Shown one piece after another: positions 7,634-15,961 of a stretch of 64,000 nt of DNA (its first letter is position 1; the number at the start of each line of letters is the position of its first letter). The translations under genes were made by a program, and so were the position numbers. This stretch comes from Dehalococcoidia bacterium. Lineage in GTDB: Bacteria > Chloroflexota > Dehalococcoidia > Bin125. A model generated the notes under the pieces. The model saw only the letters and a program-made list of their open reading frames with translations, searched no databases and had not been told where the DNA came from. The stretch covers positions 714,717 to 778,716 of the forward strand of contig CBDBPH010000001.1 of NCBI GenBank assembly GCA_965208665.1, written 5' to 3'.

Positions 7634-10149
7634 TGGCCGTCTCAGATCTCCCGCTCGCCGGTTCGGTCGTCATCGATCTGAGCGACGAGTGCCTCTGCCT
7701 GGGCGCGCGCTGGCTCTCCGACTTCGGCGCCGACGTGGTCCGGGTCGAGTCCGCATCCGGCGACGCCCTGCGAATCAATGGGCGGCATCTGGACGACAGA
7801 TCAAACGTCGAGAGCGGCTTGCGGCATCTGCTCTACAACGCCGGCAAGCGCAGCCTCGCACTCAACTTCGACGCCCCCGGCGCCTGGGACCTGATCGATC
7901 GCCTGCTCGCCCGAGCCGACATCGTGCTGGCCCCGCTGGACAAGTCGATCAAGGCCCGCCGATTCTTCAACCGCGAACGACTGCAGCGCGTCCATCCGCA
8001 CTTGGGCGTGATCGATGTCGTCGCCCGACGCGGAGGCGAAGCGCTGCCTGCCTCGGACATCGTCGGCGTCGCCGCCGGCGGACTCATGCAGGGCCTAGGA
8101 TTCCCCGACGTCGCGCCCGACTATCCCGCCGGCAAGCTCGCCTACAAACAGGCCAGCCAGGTCGCCGCCGCGACCGCCGCGGCGATGCTCTACGACCGCC
8201 GCAACGGCGTCCGAGCCAGCCACGCTTACATCTCGCTGCAGGAGGCAATTCTCTCGACCACGATCCACTTCGCAAACGAGAACATGTGGCGGCAGCTCGG
8301 CGAGAAGGCGTTTCGCCCCGGCGGCAACATCTCCTCCCTCGTCCAGGCCAGGGACGGCAAATGGCTGACCTTCGGCATCACACCGAACACCCACGAGCGC
8401 TGGGCCGCCTTCGCACAGTGGCTCTACGAGCGCTCCGGCTACGACGGTCTCATTGGGGCCGAGTACCCCGGTGACATCTACATCCAGGAATGGGGCAGCG
8501 AGGGTCATCGCGCCTTCCAGCGCGCCTGCGCCTCCCTGGACCGCGAAGAACTGTGCCATGAGGGCCAGTCGCGAGGCTTCCTCGCCGTGCCGGTCAACTC
8601 CGCATTGGACATCGTCCAGGACCCCCACCTCCACGAACGAGGCGCGTTCCTCGCGGTCGACCATCCCCAGTTCGATCGAGACATTGACTTGCCCCGATTG
8701 CCGATACATTCCACGGGATATGAGCCGGTGGGCCGCCCCGCTCCCATGCTCGGGGCGCACTCGGCGGATGTGCTCGCCGAGCTGCTTGGTGTTGACGCGC
8801 CTGCCTACGATCGGATAGTCGCCAACGGTCTGGTTTCCGGACCGAATCACCGGTCCGAGTCTCGGGTCGCTGTCTCCCCCCGATCCGCGCGGGGAGATGC
8901 CGAACGCAGAGCGCGGCTGACTGAGCCCCGCGGAGTGCGAATCGACCGAAACGATCTCCCCCTTAGGGGCATCCGAGTCGTCGACTTCTGCTGGCAGGCC
9001 GCCGGACCACTGACCACCGAACTGTTGGCCAATCTGGGCGCCGACGTGATCAAGATCGAGTCCGACGCCCGAATCGACACCCTTCGCGTCGCATTGCCCG
9101 CCTACGATCCGCCCACCATCGAGACCGGCGCCTTCTTCCAGGACTGCAACACCGACAAACGCAGCATCAACCTCAACCTCGGCGCGCCCGACGGGCTGCG
9201 GGTCGCCTACGACCTGATCCGCCAGGCCGACGTGGTCACCGACAACTTCACCGGCGGTGTGATGAAGCGCCTCGGTCTGGGCTTCGACGATCTCAAGAAG
9301 ATCAATCCGCGCATCGTGGTCTGCAGCCTGCCCGTGATGGGCACCTGGGGACCGAAGGCGTCGTGGAAAGGGATCGGCAACAGCGTCGTGGCCCTCTGCG
9401 GTCTCGCCGGTCACACCGGCGCCGCCGATCGAAAGCCGACTGGCGTGCTGCTGCACACCGACTTCACCCTCGGACCGCTGGCCGCGACGGCAATCCTCTC
9501 TGCGTTGATCCAGCGCGACCGCACCGGCGTCGGCCAGGAGATCGAGATTCCCCAATACGAGGCCGGCATCCACCTACTCGACACCGAACTGATAGAGCAG
9601 CTTGCCAACGGCAAGCTGTCCGAGCGCCGAGGCAATCGCTCGCTCGAAATGGCGCCGCACGGGCTGTTCCGCTGCGCCGGCGACGATCACTGGCTGGCGC
9701 TCAGCGCACGCGACACCGTCGATTGGCTAGAAATCTGCCTCGTCATCGGTCGTGAAGACCTCGCCGCCCGCGAGGATCTGCGCACCCTTGCCGGGCGCCG
9801 CGCCGCCGAGGACGAAATCGAGACGGCCATCACCAATTGGACCTGTGCTCAGGATGTCTGGAAGGCGACCGCCGCATTCGAAGCAGCCGGCGTCCCCGCT
9901 GGACCCAACGAGGACATCGAGGACCTGGTCGAAACCGATCCCTCCATGAAAGGCTTCTTCCACGAGTTCGATCACCCGGTCGGGATCCGCTTCATGGCCC
10001 AGAACCAACCCTTCCTCTGGAACGGCCAACGCCTGCCCATCCGACGAGCCCCATTCTTCGGCGAGCACAACGAGCAGGTCTACCGACAGGAGCTCGGCCT
10101 GAGCCAGGATGAGTTCACACAGCTACTCGTCGACGAAGTGATCCGCTAG
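7633..10149 (+). CDS. Tandem (two-domain) family-III CoA-transferase (CaiB/BaiF-like). The N-terminal half is divergent and the C-terminal half is canonical.
   Basis: 838 aa. The second half starts GIRVVDFCWQAAGPLTTELLANLGADVIKIE, the canonical family-III N-terminus. The first half has a degenerate equivalent (VVIDLSDECLCLGARWLSDFGADVVRVE). The linker carries a GC-rich repeat copy. Confidence 0.8.
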   Translation: MAVSDLPLAGSVVIDLSDECLCLGARWLSDFGADVVRVESASGDALRINGRHLDDRSNVESGLRHLLYNAGKRSLALNFDAPGAWDLIDRLLARADIVLAPLDKSIKARRFFNRERLQRVHPHLGVIDVVARRGGEALPASDIVGVAAGGLMQGLGFPDVAPDYPAGKLAYKQASQVAAATAAAMLYDRRNGVRASHAYISLQEAILSTTIHFANENMWRQLGEKAFRPGGNISSLVQARDGKWLTFGITPNTHERWAAFAQWLYERSGYDGLIGAEYPGDIYIQEWGSEGHRAFQRACASLDREELCHEGQSRGFLAVPVNSALDIVQDPHLHERGAFLAVDHPQFDRDIDLPRLPIHSTGYEPVGRPAPMLGAHSADVLAELLGVDAPAYDRIVANGLVSGPNHRSESRVAVSPRSARGDAERRARLTEPRGVRIDRNDLPLRGIRVVDFCWQAAGPLTTELLANLGADVIKIESDARIDTLRVALPAYDPPTIETGAFFQDCNTDKRSINLNLGAPDGLRVAYDLIRQADVVTDNFTGGVMKRLGLGFDDLKKINPRIVVCSLPVMGTWGPKASWKGIGNSVVALCGLAGHTGAADRKPTGVLLHTDFTLGPLAATAILSALIQRDRTGVGQEIEIPQYEAGIHLLDTELIEQLANGKLSERRGNRSLEMAPHGLFRCAGDDHWLALSARDTVDWLEICLVIGREDLAAREDLRTLAGRRAAEDEIETAITNWTCAQDVWKATAAFEAAGVPAGPNEDIEDLVETDPSMKGFFHEFDHPVGIRFMAQNQPFLWNGQRLPIRRAPFFGEHNEQVYRQELGLSQDEFTQLLVDEVIR
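8860..8975. repeat. GC-rich hairpin repeat, copy B, lying in-frame inside the interdomain linker of the 838-aa CoA-transferase
   Basis: ATCTCCCCCCGATCCGCGCGGGGAGATGCCGAACGCAGAGCGCGG has an 8-bp stem (ATCTCCCC/GGGGAGAT) and matches copy C at 20006-20056. It encodes ...VSPRSARGDAERRARLTEPRGV... between the two domains. Confidence 0.45.
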
Positions 10150-11198
10150 GCCCACGGATCGATGATCACCTTGCAACCGCGCTGATTGAACGCCGTCTCG
10201 TAGGCCTCCTGGGCCTGGTCGATGCTGAAGCGGTGCGTGATCAGTTGCTCGACCGGCAGGCCCTGCTGGACCAGCTCGAACAGCTCCAGCATCTCGTGCG
10301 GCGCCACGCTCCAGCTGCCAATCAGAGTGAGCTCCTTCGGCAGCAGGTGACCGGCCACCGTGATCGGCGTCGGCCGGGGGACGGGACCATCCGGCGTTTC
10401 ATCGAACTTGAGCCCGATGAAACCGACGCGGCCGCCGACCTTGACCGAGTCGACGCAGAGCATCTGCGGTTCCGTATAACCGGTGAAGTCGAGCGCGACA
10501 TCCGGCCCGCGCCCGTCGGTCAGCGCCATGACCCGGTCGAGTGCGTCTTCCGAGACGGGATCGATTGCCGCATCGACGCCATATTCACGAGCCATGCTGC
10601 GCCGGAACTCGGCCGGCTCACTGGCGATCACTCGCGCGCCGAGCCGCTCGCAGATGATCGCCGCCGATGCGCCCAGCGGACCCAGTCCGGTGATCAGCAC
10701 CGTGTCGAATCCATTCACGCCCAGACGGCGAATCGCGCGATACGGGGTGCCGACCGCGTCGACCAGGATCGAGCCGATCTCGAAAGGCACGTCGTCGGGC
10801 ATCGGGATGCAGTGGCTGTCCGGTCGCACAATGTACTGCGCGTGCGTGCCGTCGTACTCGGCGCCACCGTCGGCGATGTCCGTGCAGAGCAGCCAGAGGC
10901 CCTGGTGACAGAACCAGCACTGACCGCACTGCTCGCCCATGTGCGCCATGACGGCGACGCGCGTGCCCTCCGCGATCCGGGCGGTTGGACCGGTCTCTAC
11001 GACGATCCCGGCCGCCTCATGTCCGGAATTGGTGTAAGAGGAGTCAAATGTCGAGCCACCGTACTGATACGTCCGCGCCTCGGTACCGCAGATTGTGCTG
11101 GCGATCACCTTGACCACAACCCAATTGTCGCGCGGCTCAGGTTCGCGCACCTCGATCACCCCGACCCGCGAATCGCCGTACATCTCCACGATCTTCAT
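10146..11198 (-). CDS. Zinc-binding medium-chain alcohol dehydrogenase family protein
   Basis: GHEAAG (catalytic Zn), a structural-Zn Cys cluster CGQCWFC and Rossmann GLGPLG. I prefer start MKIVEMY (ATG 11198, preceded by GAGGAC). The ORF track extends to 11216 through a TTG. The 3' end overlaps 7633..10149 convergently by 4 bp. Confidence 0.8.
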   Translation of the reverse strand: MKIVEMYGDSRVGVIEVREPEPRDNWVVVKVIASTICGTEARTYQYGGSTFDSSYTNSGHEAAGIVVETGPTARIAEGTRVAVMAHMGEQCGQCWFCHQGLWLLCTDIADGGAEYDGTHAQYIVRPDSHCIPMPDDVPFEIGSILVDAVGTPYRAIRRLGVNGFDTVLITGLGPLGASAAIICERLGARVIASEPAEFRRSMAREYGVDAAIDPVSEDALDRVMALTDGRGPDVALDFTGYTEPQMLCVDSVKVGGRVGFIGLKFDETPDGPVPRPTPITVAGHLLPKELTLIGSWSVAPHEMLELFELVQQGLPVEQLITHRFSIDQAQEAYETAFNQRGCKVIIDPWA

Positions 11199-11236
11199 GA
11201 CGGTCCTCGAATCCAATCAACTCCATCCAGGTGGCG

Positions 11237-12199
11237 TCAGTACCACTTCTCCTTGTCGACGACGTTAACGAATTCGCGACCCTCAACGAGTCGGCGCGCA
11301 TTCTCCAGGATCAGCTCGAATCGCCGCTCCGGGATGTTCTCCGCGTCGGCGACGGCAATGTGCGGCGTCAGGATGACGTTCTCCGCCTGCCAGAGCGGAT
11401 GACCCTCGGGTAGTGGTTCAATCTCGTACACATCAAGCCCTGCGCCGGCGATCGCGCCGCTGTCAAGCGCCGCGACGAGATCGTCCAACTTGCATGTCAT
11501 CCCGCGACCGATGTTGATGAAGTACGCCGAGCTCTTCATTAGTGCGAACCGCTCGGCGTTCCACATGAACTCGGTCTCGGGCGTGTGCGGAACAGTCGTG
11601 ACGATGAAGTCCGCCTCCGGCAGCCGAGCATCCAACTGCGACGGCGCCACAATCTCGCCGTCGAAGTCACCGTACGGGCTCGGATCGACGCCGATCACGC
11701 GGCAACCAAACGCAGCGCACAATCGCGCAGCCTCTGCCCCGATCCCGCCGATCCCGTTGATCAGCACCGTCGCTTCACTCAGCTCCACGTATCCGCGCCG
11801 CCGCGCGCTGGTGTCCCAGCGCCCTTCAGCCTGCGCCGCCGCGTAGTACGGCAGACCACGTGCCAGCGCGAGCATGTACATCATGATGTGCTGCGCGATG
11901 TGGTCCGAGTAGATCCCGCGCGGGTTGCTGACCACGACCGAATGCTCGGCCAACTCCGCGTAGTACCAGCCCACCGGCGGTCCCGCCATCGGATTCTGCA
12001 GCAGACGCAGACGCTCAACGTTGGGCAGCACCTCGGGTGGAACCCAGCCATACGCCCCGTCGGCGTCGATCAACTCCTGCGCAGCGTTGGCCTCATCATC
12101 AACGATGACCACGTCGAGGCCGGGAATCTCTTCCCTCATCCGCTGCGCCCAATCGCGGATATCGTCGTCGATCGGCGGCAACATGACGTACTTAGGCAT
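11237..12199 (-). CDS. D-isomer-specific 2-hydroxyacid dehydrogenase family protein (NAD-binding)
   Basis: 320 aa. GIGGIGAEAARL Rossmann motif and the catalytic region ...INIGRG...D... typical of D-2-hydroxyacid dehydrogenases. Confidence 0.8.
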   Translation of the reverse strand: MPKYVMLPPIDDDIRDWAQRMREEIPGLDVVIVDDEANAAQELIDADGAYGWVPPEVLPNVERLRLLQNPMAGPPVGWYYAELAEHSVVVSNPRGIYSDHIAQHIMMYMLALARGLPYYAAAQAEGRWDTSARRRGYVELSEATVLINGIGGIGAEAARLCAAFGCRVIGVDPSPYGDFDGEIVAPSQLDARLPEADFIVTTVPHTPETEFMWNAERFALMKSSAYFINIGRGMTCKLDDLVAALDSGAIAGAGLDVYEIEPLPEGHPLWQAENVILTPHIAVADAENIPERRFELILENARRLVEGREFVNVVDKEKWY

Positions 12200-12228
12200 A
12201 TCCGTTCTTCAATCCTTCTCGCACGGAT

Positions 12229-14634
12229 TCAGCCGACGACGCCGGCGGCGATCAACTCGGCCATCTCGTCCGAACTCTTGCCCAGCAAGCCGCCGAGCAC
12301 TTCTTCGTTGTGCTCGCCCAGCATCGGCGAACGTTCGAGAATCCGCTGTTCCAGGTGCGTGAACTCCCACGGCGCGGAATCGATCCAGATGCCGAACCCG
12401 GGGTGCGACGGCTGTTCGACCCGCTGATAGTGATCGCGGAAGTGCTCGTCGACATCCATCATGTCGCGCAGGTCCTCGACGGCATTCGCCGCGATGCCCG
12501 CTGCCTGAAGCTGTTCGGCAGCATGCCACTTGGTGAGTCCGCTGGTCCAGTCCGCAATCGCTGCTTCAAGCTCTGCCTCACAGGCTTTGCGGCCCGCCAA
12601 CGATTGCAGGTCAGACTGCTCCGCCCAATCGGCTCGACCGATTGCCCGCGCAAAGTCCGGCCACTGGTCGTCAGACTCGAGCGCGATGGCGACCCATTGG
12701 TCGTCGCCTTCTGAGGGAAAGACGCCGTGCGGGCACATGTTGGGGTCGCGGTTACCGATTCGCGGGAGATCCTCGCCGACCTGATCGAATTCCATCCATT
12801 GAGCGCCGAGCAACGCGACCGTCGCACTGAGTTGGCTCAGTTCAATCTCACGGCCTTCGCCCGACTCCTCGCGGGCGCGCAGTGCCGACAATATCGCGGT
12901 CACGCCAACATGTGGGGAGGTGAAGTCGGGATAGGCGACACCCATGCCACGCGGCGGCTGATCGGGATAGCCCATCTGAAAATTCATCCCCGACGCCGCC
13001 TTGAGCAGATTGCCCAGCGTGCGCAGCGGACGCCACGGACTGTCCCCGCCGACTCCCGGCAGATGAACCAGGATGAGCCCGGGATTGATCTCGCGTAGTT
13101 CCTCCCAGCGGAAGCCCATCCGCGCCAATGAGCCGCCGGAGTAATTGTTGACCAGCACGTCGCAGTGGGCCACAAGTTCGCGCAGCAGTTCCTTGCCGTG
13201 TTCGTTCGCGAGATCGATTGTGACCGACTTCTTGCCAGTGTTGACCTCGTTGTACAGGTCAGGCAGATCGAAGTGAAACTCGCCCTTGATCGGCTGTACG
13301 CGTAGCGGATCCATCCGCTCGCCGCTGGACTCGACTTTGATCACTTCGGCGCCGAAGTTGGCCATCAACCGTGTCGTCAGCGGACCAGCCGCGACCCAGG
13401 TCAGATCGAGTACGCGGATGCCGGCAAGCGGCATATCCGGGAAGGGGTGGGACATCCCATCAGTGGCAACAGCTCCATTCGCACTCGCAGAGAACGCAGA
13501 ATCGGTATGCTCTCCCAATCTCGGCGCCGGACGCATTCGCAGTGGCGACTGCACTGGATCGAGCGGACTGCGCGAGTAGCTCAGCGATCTGCGCACCGCC
13601 GGAGTGTCGACATTGCTGAACTGCCCAGCCGTCTGGTAGTGCTCCGATTCAGCGAACTCGCTGAAGCGCAGCGTCGGCATCGCCGGCGTCCCACAGGCCC
13701 AGAGCCGATCGAGCAGCTTCTGCCTGGGCCAAACGGCGGCCAACTCCTTGGCCAGATCCTGGAGCGGATTCTCCAGGTACTGCCAGGCTGCGCGGTCGCC
13801 GCGATGAATCACTTCCCAGTTCTCGGGGTCCAGTTCGTGCTCGACACCGGCCTCGTCCAGCATCGCAATGAACTCGGGCAGCTTGTTCGGCGAGATGTTG
13901 CAGGCCATCCAGCGATCGTCGGCGCAGCGGATCACCTGTGACAACGCCGGTCGATACGGCGCCTCGCCGCGCCAGCGCCAGACGTTCGGATTCGAGGTCT
14001 GCACGGTCTGGAAGGAGGTCGCCTCCTGCATCGAAATGTCGATCTGGCAACCGGGCTGGCCGGGCGTGCGGTCGCGTCCGTGCAGCGCCGTCATTGCCGA
14101 GGACGCGATCGTCAGGCCCGTCATCGTATGCGCGGGAAACGCCGCTCCGTGGACCGGCGGGTCTGTGCGTTCTCCGGTGATCTGCAGTAATCCGCCTGCC
14201 GCCGTCGCGGTCAGGTCCGTGGCGCGCCAGCCGGACCTTTGTCCCCGCTGTCCGTATGGCGTCGCCGATACGACGATCAGATGCGGATTGGCTGCTCGTA
14301 TGTCCCCCACCGGCAGTTCGCCTGGCTGGTTCGACTCGATCAGGATGTCGGCCGACCGAACCAGTCGCAGCAACCGCTCCATACCCTCTTCGTTTCGCCA
14401 GTCGAGCACAACCGATCGCTTGTTGACGTTGAAGTAGAGGTGCTGATAGCTACCGTCGGGGGACGGCTCGTCGTCCACGAATGGCGCCAGATGCCGAATC
14501 GAACTCCCGCCGGGCGGCTCGACCATCGTCACGTCGGCGCCGAGGTCGGCCAGCATTCGGCTGCCGAGCGCCGCTCGATGATCGGACAGATCGAGGGCTC
14601 GTATCCCGTTCAGGGGTAGCGTCATATGCATCAC
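12229..14634 (-). CDS. Tandem (two-domain) family-III CoA-transferase, second paralog. The N-terminal half is divergent and the C-terminal half is canonical.
   Basis: The C-terminal half starts GIRVLDLTWVAAGPLTTRLMANFGAEVIKVE. The N-terminal half starts MHMTLPLNGIRALDLSDHRAALGSRMLADLGADVTMVE. The start is trimmed to ATG at about 14634 because the ORF-track extension to 14730 overlaps the divergent gene. Confidence 0.75.
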   Translation of the reverse strand: MMHMTLPLNGIRALDLSDHRAALGSRMLADLGADVTMVEPPGGSSIRHLAPFVDDEPSPDGSYQHLYFNVNKRSVVLDWRNEEGMERLLRLVRSADILIESNQPGELPVGDIRAANPHLIVVSATPYGQRGQRSGWRATDLTATAAGGLLQITGERTDPPVHGAAFPAHTMTGLTIASSAMTALHGRDRTPGQPGCQIDISMQEATSFQTVQTSNPNVWRWRGEAPYRPALSQVIRCADDRWMACNISPNKLPEFIAMLDEAGVEHELDPENWEVIHRGDRAAWQYLENPLQDLAKELAAVWPRQKLLDRLWACGTPAMPTLRFSEFAESEHYQTAGQFSNVDTPAVRRSLSYSRSPLDPVQSPLRMRPAPRLGEHTDSAFSASANGAVATDGMSHPFPDMPLAGIRVLDLTWVAAGPLTTRLMANFGAEVIKVESSGERMDPLRVQPIKGEFHFDLPDLYNEVNTGKKSVTIDLANEHGKELLRELVAHCDVLVNNYSGGSLARMGFRWEELREINPGLILVHLPGVGGDSPWRPLRTLGNLLKAASGMNFQMGYPDQPPRGMGVAYPDFTSPHVGVTAILSALRAREESGEGREIELSQLSATVALLGAQWMEFDQVGEDLPRIGNRDPNMCPHGVFPSEGDDQWVAIALESDDQWPDFARAIGRADWAEQSDLQSLAGRKACEAELEAAIADWTSGLTKWHAAEQLQAAGIAANAVEDLRDMMDVDEHFRDHYQRVEQPSHPGFGIWIDSAPWEFTHLEQRILERSPMLGEHNEEVLGGLLGKSSDEMAELIAAGVVG

Positions 14635-14720
14635 CTGTCTCGCCGCAGCGAGCCTCCGAGGGTCAAGCGGGCTTTGCCATACTAGCGATTGCTCTGGTCT
14701 GGTCGCGGAAGGAGATTGCC

Positions 14721-15956
14721 ATGGAAGCACTCGATGGAATCCGGGTCGTAGAGTTGTCGATTGCCGTGCAGGGGCCGGCCGCGGGCGGCTACCTCTCCGA
14801 CATGGGCGCCGACGTGATCAAGGTCGAGCCGCCGATGGGCGACGCCAACCGCTGGTACCGAGGCAACCACAACGAGTTGCCATTGGAGTCGGTCGGCACG
14901 CAGTTCATCGGCGCCTCGCACGGCAAGCGATCGGTCTGCGTCGATATCCACACCGAGATAGGCCTGGAACTGGTCGACCAGCTGGTCGACAGCGCAGATG
15001 TCTTCCTCAGCAACTACCGAGAGCCGGCACTGGAACGGATCGGGATGGGCTACGAGCGGCTCTCGGCCCGCAATCCCGGCCTGGTCTACGCCACGGCCAA
15101 CGGCTTCGGCCCCGACGGACCAGCACGAGAGAACCGCATGAGCGATCAGTACTCCCAGGCCCGCAGCGGGATCTCAGGCATAACCGGCACTCCTGACGAC
15201 CCACAGTTGATCCCGGGCGCGATCATCGCCGATACCGGCGGCGCGATGGCGCTAGCTATGGGCATCCTCACGGCGCTGGTCGCGCGTCAGCGCGATGGGC
15301 TGGGCCAGAAGGTCCAGACTTCCTCGTACGGCGCGATGATCTGGATGCAGGCCTGGGAAATCAACCACACCTCGGCGACCGGTCATCTGCCCACGCGCGA
15401 CGGCGCATTCCACCCGATCGTTTGCGCCCTGAGCGGCATCTACGAGGCCTCCGACGGCGTCGCCTTCTGCCTGGGCATCCGCGAAGACGAGACCTGGCGG
15501 GAGTTCTGCGAGTTCGGCGGCAATCCCGACCTGGCCGACGATCCGCGCTGGAATCACCGCGAGGGTCGCGATCCGTTCCGAGATCAGACCGCGATGGACC
15601 AAGTCAAAGACGTGCGCCCATTCGTGGCCGAGATGATGAAGACCCACACCAGCGACGAGTGGCAAGACTTCTTCGACATCCACCCCGACGGCGCCATGGC
15701 CCAGCGGGTCCTCAACTACGAAGAAGTCCTCGACGACGAACAGGCGCTCGTGAACGGGTACGTCGTCGACAAGGACATTCCCCATGTCGGCCGTCGCCGG
15801 GTCGCCGGTATCCCGACCCGACTGAGCCGCACGCCAGGCACCGCAAAGAACATGTTCTCCGACCTCGGAGAACACACGGCGGAACTCATGCGAGAGATGG
15901 GTTACGACGATTCCGCCATCGCGGAGGTCGAGTCACACAAGGCCCCGCCGTTCTGA
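14721..15956 (+). CDS. Family-III CoA-transferase (CaiB/BaiF), single-domain
   Basis: Start MEALDGIRVVELSIAVQGPAAGGYLSDMGADVIKVE preceded by GGAAGGAG. 411 aa, typical for a single CaiB-family protomer. Confidence 0.85.
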   Translation: MEALDGIRVVELSIAVQGPAAGGYLSDMGADVIKVEPPMGDANRWYRGNHNELPLESVGTQFIGASHGKRSVCVDIHTEIGLELVDQLVDSADVFLSNYREPALERIGMGYERLSARNPGLVYATANGFGPDGPARENRMSDQYSQARSGISGITGTPDDPQLIPGAIIADTGGAMALAMGILTALVARQRDGLGQKVQTSSYGAMIWMQAWEINHTSATGHLPTRDGAFHPIVCALSGIYEASDGVAFCLGIREDETWREFCEFGGNPDLADDPRWNHREGRDPFRDQTAMDQVKDVRPFVAEMMKTHTSDEWQDFFDIHPDGAMAQRVLNYEEVLDDEQALVNGYVVDKDIPHVGRRRVAGIPTRLSRTPGTAKNMFSDLGEHTAELMREMGYDDSAIAEVESHKAPPF

Positions 15957-15961
15957 CTCCA

